Of a stretch of 49,499 bases of DNA, positions 8,778-16,373 are shown piece after piece (the first letter of the stretch is position 1; each line of letters begins with the position of its first letter). Position numbers and translations under genes: made by a program. Below the pieces are notes generated by a model, which was given only the letters and a program-made list of their open reading frames with translations, ran no database searches and was not told where the DNA came from. This DNA comes from Oscillatoriales cyanobacterium PMM_0019. GTDB taxonomy: Bacteria; Cyanobacteriota; Cyanobacteriia; Cyanobacteriales; CASBRB01. The DNA is taken from contig CASBRB010000196.1 in NCBI GenBank assembly GCA_949127975.1, positions 1 through 49,499 of the forward strand, given 5' to 3'.

Positions 8778-10283
8778 CTAACCTTTCCTCTTCATTTGCC
8801 AGTAGTCTTTCAAGGGGTTGTAGGTTCGCTGCCGGAACTCATTTTTGGTTTTAGCAGCTGGGATTTGTAAAGCTCCATACGGGAATTCTGTACGATCAAT
8901 TTCATAGTGCAAATGCGAATTATCTGCTCCTGTGTTACCAGTATTTGCAACTACTTGCCCTGCTGTTACCGACTTATTTAAAGAAACTAAAATCTTGCTC
9001 AGATGCATATACATATGATTGATGCCATTAGCATCTTGGATGGTTAATAAACCCCAGTTTTTATCATCAGCTACGACCACTTTGCCAGACACAAGAGTTT
9101 TGACTGGAGTTCCCAATGGCGCTGCAATATCTATTCCTCCGTGATACCCCTTAGCACCTCCGGTTTCCCTGTAGTAATCATCTGATATGTAAGCACCAGT
9201 GATAGGAAAGTTTTGACCAAATAAGTCATTGGTTAAATCTCTGTAGATTTTTCCAATATCAGAATTTGGATTTGTGTTGATATAGTCTAAAGCTTTAGCA
9301 CTGTTGATTTGATTTTCCCAATCAGTGTCAGACCAAGGTATGAAATTATCAAAATAACCAACTTTTTGTGGGTTCAACCAATTTGCTGATGCAGTGAACG
9401 TTCCAACCTTTCCACCATACGTACCAGTATCAAACAAAGGTCTGTTATTCGAGTCATATACGACAACATTTCCATCTGGCTGAATAGCGAAATAATCACC
9501 AGAATGACCCCATGTATTAGTCGCCCATACTGCTTTACCGTGGTCGTAAAGAACAACATTTCCATCTGTTTGTACTGCCAACAAGTCAGCACCTGTTCCA
9601 AATGTTCCAGTCGCCCAAATTGCTTTACCCTGTGGATTATACAGCACTAAATTTCCATCCGGCTGAAATATGAATTTGTAGTTAGTATAAGTAATCCATT
9701 GTTGACCACGGGAAAAATTTAAGGTGGTTGTGTTTTGCCTAATAATAATCTTAGGTCCACTAACAGGAACATAAGCACTACTTAGCCAACGTTGGTTAGG
9801 ATTAGTAGAATCACAAGTCCATAAATGAACAAATTCCCCATTCTTTCTGGTAGGAGTATCTATACAAAGATTTGTTCCAGCCAGCTTAATTAAATAGTAA
9901 CCATTTTGAAGATCGAGCAAATTCCAATTTTGATCGGCATCTGTAGCATCACATTTCCATACATTTATTGGTTTTTCTTGTTGCTGTATATAATGTGCAT
10001 TCAAACACTTGCCCTGATTAGCCGTGCTGGTAGAACGGTGTTTTAAAAGAAAGCTATCTTTTTGATTACCTGGCATCCTGTCAAATTGTTGATCGAAATC
10101 GCTATCATTGCGGGTATAAATTGCCAACTTGGGCTCATTATCAAGTTTCCCGAATAAGTTATTGGTGTTCAAAGCCATGTTATCTATAGAAAAGGTTTCA
10201 GCGGCTTGAGCCACTGCCGTACTGATAATGGCGGATGAGACAACTGTTGCTAGTGTCAGTTTGTGCAAAATTTTATTAAACAT
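8778..10283 (-). CDS. Secreted M23 metallopeptidase fused to ricin-B (QxW) and bulb-type (B-)lectin domains
   Basis: QNW and QRW ricin repeats. Three QxDGNxVxY repeats (QPDGNLVLY, QTDGNVVLY, QPDGNVVVY). M23 motifs YHGGIDI and NSHLHYE. Signal-peptide-like start at ATG 10283; the track ORF extends to 10373. Confidence 0.85.
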   Translation of the reverse strand: MFNKILHKLTLATVVSSAIISTAVAQAAETFSIDNMALNTNNLFGKLDNEPKLAIYTRNDSDFDQQFDRMPGNQKDSFLLKHRSTSTANQGKCLNAHYIQQQEKPINVWKCDATDADQNWNLLDLQNGYYLIKLAGTNLCIDTPTRKNGEFVHLWTCDSTNPNQRWLSSAYVPVSGPKIIIRQNTTTLNFSRGQQWITYTNYKFIFQPDGNLVLYNPQGKAIWATGTFGTGADLLAVQTDGNVVLYDHGKAVWATNTWGHSGDYFAIQPDGNVVVYDSNNRPLFDTGTYGGKVGTFTASANWLNPQKVGYFDNFIPWSDTDWENQINSAKALDYINTNPNSDIGKIYRDLTNDLFGQNFPITGAYISDDYYRETGGAKGYHGGIDIAAPLGTPVKTLVSGKVVVADDKNWGLLTIQDANGINHMYMHLSKILVSLNKSVTAGQVVANTGNTGADNSHLHYEIDRTEFPYGALQIPAAKTKNEFRQRTYNPLKDYWQMKRKG

Positions 10284-10390
10284 AAGTAGATGAGTCCTTT
10301 CAACTAATGCTTTGGTGAATTGCAAAGTTCCAATGGAGCGATTGCCGTAGTGTACTCGATTAAACTCTCTCACTTTTTCGCATTGCTCCC

Positions 10391-10499
10391 ATTGTGAACC
10401 TCTATTAGTACTCAGGCGCTAGTCAGCCTGTTTTACGCAGACAGCAGTTTTTTTTACAAAACTTTACAAAAAGCTGCTGCTTGGTTGGGAAGCTCAATT
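10391..10499 (-). promoter_or_regulatory. Conserved ~100-nt upstream element, copy 1 (upstream of the lectin-M23 gene)
   Basis: Near-identical to 12887-12978 and 14355-14457. Confidence 0.7.
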
Positions 10500-10591
10500 G
10501 CTCGGAAGCACAAAGGTTGCCTACCTCCGGGGCAGCCCTGCCATAAACGGGGGGATAAAAAGCGATCTAAAAAAAATCGGGAATATTCCCA

Positions 10592-10870
10592 ATGCTATTG
10601 GTATGCTTCCTGCTCGTTTACAAGTTACCTCAGAAAAGTCGTCAGGAGATTGAAAATATGTTTGGTTTAAGCGAGTTGAAACAAACCAAAGTCTATCAGG
10701 AAGCCTTGGCAGAAGGCGAAAAGATAGGCGAGCAAAGAGGTGAGCAACAAACTAAGTTAGAATCCGTAGGGCGAATGCTGCGCTTGGGGTTGAGTTTAGA
10801 GGTGATTGCTCAGTCGTTAGACTTACCCTTGGAAGTAGTACAGCAAGTCGCGCAGCAATCTAACAATTAA
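10592..10870 (+). pseudogene. 3' remnant of an Rpn/DUF4351-type (PD-(D/E)XK transposase-like) gene
   Basis: EIENMFGLSELKQTKVYQEALAEGEKIGEQRGEQ followed by an HTH-like tail resembles the C-terminus of this cyanobacterial family. No N-terminal nuclease part is present. Confidence 0.45.
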
Positions 10871-10942
10871 TCTGATTTTTGGGGATCTTCGGGTAAAATG
10901 AGGTAAAAGGTATCTAAGGATACATTTTACCTGGTGCCGCAA

Positions 10943-11071
10943 ATGGATTTTCATCTAGATTCTTTATTAAAGCTACCCAATGTAACGGTTTTTACGTGTT
11001 ATCAAAAAGAAGGATTCATTATTCTTAGAGCGATCGCAACCCTTATATGTTCAAATGGTTGGGTTAACTAG
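10943..11071 (+). mobile_element. N-terminal stub of an ISL3-family transposase gene
   Basis: MDFHLDSLLKLPNVTVFTCYQKEGFIIL matches the recalled ISL3 N-terminal pattern (LL-LP-VTV). Truncated after about 30 codons. Confidence 0.4.
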
Positions 11072-11083
11072 GTCAACCCAACC
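11057..11083. repeat. GGTTGGGTT-N9-AACCCAACC hairpin repeat
   Basis: Inverted repeat read directly. Related copies at 14523-14550 and 39681-39710. Confidence 0.7.
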
Positions 11084-11109
11084 TACAGGCTATTCGTTAG
11101 ACAATCTAG

Positions 11110-11199
11110 ATTTACTGTGGAATCTGCAAATAGAAGCTAGTAATCACACAACTTCCATTTCGCACGTTGTATAAATTTCCCACAGGTTTTGATGTTGCT
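11110..11199 (-). pseudogene. C-terminal remnant of a small secreted Cys-protein cassette
   Basis: Translates to ATSKPVGNLYNVRNGSCVITSFYLQIPQ. This is homologous to the C-terminus of ORF 11896-12240 (ATSRPMGIWYTLDNGSCVIDAFYV). Confidence 0.55.
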
Positions 11200-11209
11200 C
11201 TCTAAGAAA

Positions 11210-11581
11210 TTAATTATTTAATATGTTCATCAATCGCAATTGACAACCATTATTATATCCAAATAGTCGAACGGTCTTGTTGCTGCTAATTGCGGTTAGT
11301 AATGTAGCAAGCACAGCTTTTACATTGTCCTTCCGATCGCTATCAGTTGCCCCTTGACCATTCCATGTTAACACAGTGCCTTTAGGGCAAGAGCCTGCAC
11401 CTCCATCTATCATTACTGTTATACTGTTTGGCATGTATGTAGGTTCCACGACTAAGAGTTTTGCATCAACAACCCAGTCGAAGCGCGGGTCAGCCAAAGC
11501 AGGAGTCACGTTGAGAAGAGTAACTATCGGAACGAGAGCTAAAAGTTTACGAAACATAACGAATCTCCTTGATTTTGACAA
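11210..11581 (-). CDS. Small secreted two-Cys protein, paralog A
   Basis: The signal peptide MSKSRRFVMFRKLLALVPIVTLLNVTPALA is shared with ORF 11896-12240. The mature part is divergent. Confidence 0.7.
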   Translation of the reverse strand: MSKSRRFVMFRKLLALVPIVTLLNVTPALADPRFDWVVDAKLLVVEPTYMPNSITVMIDGGAGSCPKGTVLTWNGQGATDSDRKDNVKAVLATLLTAISSNKTVRLFGYNNGCQLRLMNILNN

Positions 11582-11643
11582 TTTTGGAACAAATCTTGCC
11601 TTTTAGTTAGAAAGCAACAGTTGAAGAATTGGAGCAATAGAAT
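11489..11643 (-). repeat. 155-bp segmental duplicate of 12149-12303 (offset exactly 660 bp)
   Basis: Covers the signal-peptide codons, the RBS region and a copy of the last ~38 nt of the M23 gene at 12262. Confidence 0.9.
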
Positions 11644-11704
11644 GGGCAAACGCATCGAACTTTGCCCTGCTGTTGATTGTAACTCGTCAGACAGCCTGAA
11701 TTTA

Positions 11705-11893
11705 CTAACCCTGCAAAAAGAAGCTCTGAATCACACAACTTCCATTTTGCACGGTGTAGTAAATTCCCACAGGTCTTGATGTGGCTTTTGCAAACATAAT
11801 CATGGCAGACAACCAATTTTTATCGCCTTCAGTAGCATTTGAGGGTAGGCTAAGATTGCCAGACTGACAAACACTTCCGGTGTAAAAGGCTAC
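11705..11893 (-). pseudogene. N-terminally truncated paralog of the small secreted Cys-protein family
   Basis: AFYTGSVCQSGNLSLPSNATEGDKNWLSAMIMFAKATSRPVGIYYTVQNGSCVIQSFFLQG aligns with residues of ORF 11896-12240. It lacks the signal peptide. Confidence 0.65.
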
Positions 11894-11895
11894 TA

Positions 11896-12240
11896 CTATG
11901 ATTGACCTCTTACATAAAATGCATCTATAACACAAGATCCATTGTCTAAGGTGTACCAAATTCCCATAGGTCTTGATGTGGCTTTTGCATACAGAATCAT
12001 GGCAACGAACCGATTTCTATCGGCTTCAGTAAAAGTTTTGGGTAGACTAATATTGCCATTTAAACAAGGACTGGAAGTCCACCAGACTGTTACATCACTT
12101 CCTTTGTAGTTTATTAATTGCCAACCGCTTGGCACTTCCCATAAAGTGTTAGCCAAAGCTGGAGCCACGTTGAGAAGAGTAACTATCGGAACGAGAGCTA
12201 GAAGTCTACGAAGCATAATGAATCTCCTTGATTTTGACAA
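11896..12240 (-). CDS. Small secreted two-Cys protein, paralog B
   Basis: Signal peptide MSKSRRFIMLRRLLALVPIVTLLNVAPALA. Lies 21 nt downstream of the M23 peptidase gene. Confidence 0.7.
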   Translation of the reverse strand: MSKSRRFIMLRRLLALVPIVTLLNVAPALANTLWEVPSGWQLINYKGSDVTVWWTSSPCLNGNISLPKTFTEADRNRFVAMILYAKATSRPMGIWYTLDNGSCVIDAFYVRGQS

Positions 12241-12303
12241 TTTTGGAACAAATCTTGCCTTTTAGTTAGAAAGCAACAGTTGAAGTATTGGAGCAATAGA
12301 ATT
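12149..12303 (-). repeat. 155-bp segmental duplicate of 11489-11643
   Basis: About 93% identity, read directly. Confidence 0.9.
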
Positions 12304-12864
12304 GGCTATATTCCCATAATTCTGAGAATAAATTGAAGACCAATCAGTAATTCCTTCATCAAATACCACAGATTGATAGTGGTTACCATACGGTTCATCT
12401 GATTTTTGGAAATGAAGATGTCTTCCGGTCGAGCAACCAGAAGCACCTATTATTCCAAGCTTTGTGCCTTGGGGAACAAGTTGATTGATGCCCACTTGAA
12501 AGGTGTTGTCTTTCAAGTGAGCATAGATAGTATAGGTATTGTCCGCATGCTTTATGACAACACGGTTGCCAAAGCCAGAAGGCAAGGTGGGATATCCTGG
12601 ACACCCGCCTGATGAATCATATCCAACTGCAACAACAGTTCCTGCTTGTGAAGCGCGAGCATAAATACCATCACCTGGAGGTACAAAATCGTATCCTCTG
12701 TGAGTTATAGTGCCATTAATGGCATACTCTAATCCGCGAGACATTGAAAACTTGACTTCTGGATCAAATGGCAGCTTATCTCCAGCCATCGCTTTTTCAG
12801 CGAAAACTAGACAAATAGCGATTAATCCAGTCAATCCTGCTACAGCACCCAATTTTTTCAGCAT
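12262..12864 (-). CDS. Secreted M23 family metallopeptidase (catalytic domain only)
   Basis: Signal peptide. HRGYDF (HxxxD) and GRHLHFQ (HxH) motifs. Confidence 0.85.
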   Translation of the reverse strand: MLKKLGAVAGLTGLIAICLVFAEKAMAGDKLPFDPEVKFSMSRGLEYAINGTITHRGYDFVPPGDGIYARASQAGTVVAVGYDSSGGCPGYPTLPSGFGNRVVIKHADNTYTIYAHLKDNTFQVGINQLVPQGTKLGIIGASGCSTGRHLHFQKSDEPYGNHYQSVVFDEGITDWSSIYSQNYGNIANSIAPILQLLLSN

Positions 12865-12886
12865 AAGTCTTCCATGTTCTAAAAAT

Positions 12887-12978
12887 GGTAATTGTGAACC
12901 TCTATTAGTACTCAGGCGCTAGTCAGCCAGTTTTACGCAGGCAGCAACTTTTTTTACAAAACTTTACAAAAAGCTGCT
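12887..12978 (-). promoter_or_regulatory. Conserved upstream element, copy 2
   Basis: Near-identical to copies at 10391 and 14355. Ends 22 nt before ATG 12864. Confidence 0.7.
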
Positions 12979-13150
12979 TTTCTACCTGTGGTGTATGAGT
13001 TGGCAGTATGCCTTTATCATTTGGTCTTAACTCTAAATGTACGTGTGGCCCAGTAGCTGAGCCTGTTTGTCTACATTTCCCAATTTCCTGCCCTCTTTTT
13101 ACAAAACCGCTAACATTACTTTGCACGTTTAAATTGTTCCATTGATTGTA
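12979..13150 (-). pseudogene. C-terminal fragment of another M23 peptidase gene
   Basis: VKRGQEIGKCRQTGSATGPHVHLEL is the M23 HxH region. There is no N-terminal half, and the fragment abuts conserved element copy 2. Confidence 0.65.
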
Positions 13151-13179
13151 ACGCCCAAAATGTGGGTTGTCGGAAATGC

Positions 13180-13204
13180 CAACTGTGAAAAATTTTCACA
13201 GTTG
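13180..13204 (-). terminator. Perfect 12-bp palindrome CAACTGTGAAAA-A-TTTTCACAGTTG just downstream of the M23-tectonin gene
   Basis: Read directly. Lies 22 nt after the stop at 13226. Confidence 0.5.
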
Positions 13205-13225
13205 TCTGCGATGCCTACACTTCAG

Positions 13226-14338
13226 TTAGTTACAACCTATTACCCAAGTGGAGCCATTAGCCCCTATTCCAATATCGTTTGCACAACCTGGAAGGTGCTG
13301 CCAGCCATTCCCCATCCATTTAAAAATAGCTCCATCCAAGTTATTAACTACCCAAGGTTTACCATCGGGGGCAACGGCTATCCCAACAGCACCACCACCA
13401 ACTGCAGTCCATCCTGAACCATTCCAATACTCTATTCCATATCCACCAAGAGTTGGATGACAATCTATTACCCAAGTGGAGCCATTAGCCCCTATTCCAA
13501 TATCTTTTGCACAACCTGGAATGTGCTGCCAGCCATTCCCCATCCATTTAAAAATAGCTCCATCTAAGCCATTAACTACCCAAGCTTTACCATCGGGGGC
13601 AACGGCTATCCTAACAGCATCACCACCACTTCCAGTCCATCCTGAACCATTCCAATAATATATTCCATATCCACCAGGGTGTGGATACTGTCTTAAAATA
13701 TTTTGGGATTTGTAGGATTTATCATAGTAAACTTGTCCATCTTTACAACTAGAATTGTTATCGCACTCATCAAAGTAAATTGGAGTAGTTTTTCTGTCTG
13801 ATGGACGATTTCCTAACTTTTGTTGTAAATATCGATCTCTGTCTGTCAGTTCTGAATCACTTTTTTGTAGCTCTAAATGTAAATGTGTACCCTTGCTATG
13901 ACCAGTATTTCCACATTGACCAATTACTTGTCCTTGTTTGACAAACCCCTCAACAGGGCTAGGATCTTTTAGATGAGCATAAAGGGAAATCCTTCCATTA
14001 GCGTGCTGGATTCTGATAAAGTTACCTTTCCATGCATCGTTAGTTACTTTTTGGACGACATTGCCATCCATAATTGCAATAATGTCATAATTATTTACAC
14101 CACAGCCAAAATCAATTGCATATTGTTGTAGTTCTCCAGCACCACTTGTGTCACCATCATGTAAATAATTTGTACCATCTATAGAATCCACACCTGACTG
14201 AGTTACTTGAATAGGTGTATCCTCTGGGTGAAATGGCAGTTTGTATCCTTGCCCTGCTTCTACTTTTGCAATTCCAACAACTAAAGACGAGATAGTCGCT
14301 GCTCCTACTACGATCTTTTGCCAAGTTTTACTCAACAT
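13226..14338 (-). CDS. Secreted M23 metallopeptidase fused to two tectonin/tachylectin-like beta-propeller repeats
   Basis: Signal peptide. GNTGHSKGTHLHLEL. Two 76-aa repeats GGYGIxYWNGSGWT...VAPDGKxWVVN...IFKWMGNGWQH.PGCA.DIGIGANGSTWVI. Confidence 0.8.
   Translation of the reverse strand: MLSKTWQKIVVGAATISSLVVGIAKVEAGQGYKLPFHPEDTPIQVTQSGVDSIDGTNYLHDGDTSGAGELQQYAIDFGCGVNNYDIIAIMDGNVVQKVTNDAWKGNFIRIQHANGRISLYAHLKDPSPVEGFVKQGQVIGQCGNTGHSKGTHLHLELQKSDSELTDRDRYLQQKLGNRPSDRKTTPIYFDECDNNSSCKDGQVYYDKSYKSQNILRQYPHPGGYGIYYWNGSGWTGSGGDAVRIAVAPDGKAWVVNGLDGAIFKWMGNGWQHIPGCAKDIGIGANGSTWVIDCHPTLGGYGIEYWNGSGWTAVGGGAVGIAVAPDGKPWVVNNLDGAIFKWMGNGWQHLPGCANDIGIGANGSTWVIGCN
13229..13684 (-). repeat. Tandem 228-bp duplication encoding the tectonin-like repeats
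   Basis: The mirrored antisense ORFs at 13248 and 13476 are offset by exactly 228 nt. Confidence 0.85.
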
Positions 14339-14354
14339 GATTATATAATCCCTT

Positions 14355-14457
14355 GGTAATTGTGAACCTCTATTAGTACTCAGGCGCTAGTCAACCTGTT
14401 TTACGCAGGCAGCAGTTTTTTTTACAAAACTTTACAAAAAGCTACTGATTGGTTGGG
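14355..14457 (-). promoter_or_regulatory. Conserved upstream element, copy 3. Boxes: TGTAAA 14436-14431, TGTAAA 14426-14421, TGCGTAAAAC 14407-14398, GCCTGAG 14385-14379
   Basis: Read on the minus strand. Ends 16 nt before ATG 14338. Confidence 0.7.
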
Positions 14458-14522
14458 TAACTGGGCAGCTGAGGTAGTAGCAGCTACGCCAGCGTATTAG
14501 AGTATTAGCGGCAATCGACTAA

Positions 14523-14550
14523 GTTGGGTTTCGTGCCTCAACCTAACCTA
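14523..14550. repeat. GTTGGGTT-N9-AACCTAAC hairpin repeat (imperfect)
   Basis: Same family as 11057 and 39681. Confidence 0.6.
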
Positions 14551-14621
14551 CCAACTGCTATTGTTATGGTTCCTGCCAGCGCTACTGCCCCCACGTCATC
14601 TATCGTGTGGGAACTCCGTCG

Positions 14622-14692
14622 TGTAAATTTTTGTAACAAATCTTGAGTTTTGCGTAAAACTTTGCAAACCAAGCCTGAGACATAATTAGAGG
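14622..14692 (+). promoter_or_regulatory. Diverged plus-strand copy of the composite element upstream of the sigma-like gene. Boxes: TGTAAA 14622-14627, TGTAAC 14632-14637, TGCGTAAAAC 14651-14660, GCCTGAG 14673-14679
   Basis: Box order and spacings (N4, N13, N12) are identical to copy 3, although the spacer sequences differ. Confidence 0.65.
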
Positions 14693-14708
14693 ATCGCTAG
14701 TCTTTCCT

Positions 14709-15398
14709 GTGGGGGTGGAAATGGATTGCGTGCAGAACGATATACTAGATGAGCGTCTGTTAGAGCTAGCTATGAAAGCTCAAGAACACCAACGTGGAAG
14801 TAAGCAGCGACGGCTAGCTTTAAAGGAGCTGATTAACGAAATTCAGCGGCAATCGGGTAGGCTTATCCGCCCCAATAGCAATAAATATCCGTCTAAACTT
14901 TGTCAAGAAATTTTTGATATAGCCTATCAAAGACTTTTAGTGTTTATCTACCATCCTGATAAAAATATAGAGAGGTATAACCATGACAAGGCAAGAGTAA
15001 TTGGATGGCTAAATATCAAATTAGACAGGCGGTTTTTTGAGGAAGCTAAAAATCAGCTTGTTTCTAATAAAAATATTTCGGTTGAAGATTGGGCGTGGGA
15101 AGATAATCAACAGGGCGAGGAGCTATATAGCATCTTAGTAAAAGAAGAGCCTCCTTGCTCATCCATGATAGTAAGACAGTGTATAGAAGAAGATTCTGAA
15201 GGTATTTTTGAAAAAAAGCATATCAAAGATAACCCAGAAGCTACCTTCCAAAAAATAGCTATAAAAAGGCTTGATGGAGAGTCATGGCAAGACATATCAG
15301 ATTTTTTTGGGATTAAAGCTTTGACAACTACAAGTACTTTTTACCATCGGTGTATTACCAAATTTGCGCCTATAATCAAGCAACTGTGTACTGATTAA
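14709..15398 (+). CDS. Sigma-70-family-like protein of the type found upstream of DUF1822 genes in cyanobacteria
   Basis: N-terminal pattern (GSKQRRLALKELINEIQ..., ...VIGWLNIKLDRRFFEEA) recalled from proteins annotated as sigma-70 family next to DUF1822. GTG 14709 or ATG 14721. Confidence 0.5.
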   Translation: MGVEMDCVQNDILDERLLELAMKAQEHQRGSKQRRLALKELINEIQRQSGRLIRPNSNKYPSKLCQEIFDIAYQRLLVFIYHPDKNIERYNHDKARVIGWLNIKLDRRFFEEAKNQLVSNKNISVEDWAWEDNQQGEELYSILVKEEPPCSSMIVRQCIEEDSEGIFEKKHIKDNPEATFQKIAIKRLDGESWQDISDFFGIKALTTTSTFYHRCITKFAPIIKQLCTD

Positions 15399-15421
15399 TT
15401 GAAGGATAAGTAGGAGGGGTT

Positions 15422-16354
15422 ATGACTCAAGTCAATCAAGTAATAGAGAAGTTAAAATTTTCAGTTGCTATACCTTCAGAAGCGTATGGGATGGCAGAAA
15501 AGTTTTCTAGGCAACAGCATCATCCTCAAAAAGCTAAACAAGTTTACCTAAACACTTTAGCTGTGTATGCAGGTAACTACTTCATAGAGTATCTGGAATT
15601 GGAGACAAATTTGTCAGGTAGTGACAGTTGGAATCCGGTGATGCAGACACTTATGGACACTGCCGATCTAGAAGTCAAGAACTTTGGTAAGCTAGAGTTT
15701 CGTCCGGTATTAGTAGAGTCCCAGTCCCAGGTAGTACACATTCCGTTAGAAGTTTGGGAAGACCGAATTGGCTATGTTGCAGTACAGATCGATCGCTCGC
15801 GCTCTTTAGCAACCCTGTTAGGGTTTGTCAAAACGGTAGTGACAGAAGAAATAGCGATCGACCAATTCCAACCCTTGGAAGATTTGTTAGATTTGCTGAA
15901 TCCCGTTCAGCAACCGGTGCAACTGCGGCAATGGTTACAGAATATTTTTGAACCAGAGTGGCAAGCATTTGAAGCTCTGCTTAAACCAGAACTAAGGAAT
16001 CCAGCCTATGCTACTAGAAAAGTGAGTAAAGAAGCTTTAATTCGAGCAAAGTTTATCGATCTGGAGATGCATCTGAAGGGACAAGCAGCCACTCTCTCGA
16101 TTGGTCTTACCCCAGATGATAAGCTAATGGAAATTCGCGTGCGGTTACATCCTGCACTAACTGCGAAGTATTTGCCCCCTAACCTAAAACTGGCTTTACT
16201 CACTCAGGCGGGGAGAGTGATCCGGGAGGTAGAATCGAGAAACCAAAATACCTGCATTCAACTCGAACCATTTAAGTATGAGATGGGGAGAAGCTTTCGT
16301 ATCCGGGTAGCTCTTGGTGATGTCAGCGTTATGGAAGATTTCTTTGCTGTCTGA
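15422..16354 (+). CDS. DUF1822 family protein
   Basis: KAKQVYLNTLAVYAGNYFIEYLELETNLSGSDSW...ADLEVKNFGKLEFRPVL matches the recalled DUF1822 signature. Starts 23 nt after the sigma-like gene. Confidence 0.75.
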   Translation: MTQVNQVIEKLKFSVAIPSEAYGMAEKFSRQQHHPQKAKQVYLNTLAVYAGNYFIEYLELETNLSGSDSWNPVMQTLMDTADLEVKNFGKLEFRPVLVESQSQVVHIPLEVWEDRIGYVAVQIDRSRSLATLLGFVKTVVTEEIAIDQFQPLEDLLDLLNPVQQPVQLRQWLQNIFEPEWQAFEALLKPELRNPAYATRKVSKEALIRAKFIDLEMHLKGQAATLSIGLTPDDKLMEIRVRLHPALTAKYLPPNLKLALLTQAGRVIREVESRNQNTCIQLEPFKYEMGRSFRIRVALGDVSVMEDFFAV

Positions 16355-16373
16355 GTGATTATCGGGGTGCATC

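Noticed and set aside
10485-10670. 61-aa plus-strand ORF upstream of the Rpn-like remnant
   Set aside because: It has a basic low-complexity product, overlaps the conserved upstream element of the lectin-M23 gene, and has no support.
14421-14436. NtcA-type site (TGTA-N8-TACA) in the composite element
   Set aside because: The boxes are direct repeats (TGTAAA-N4-TGTAAA), not the palindromic GTA-N8-TAC arrangement.
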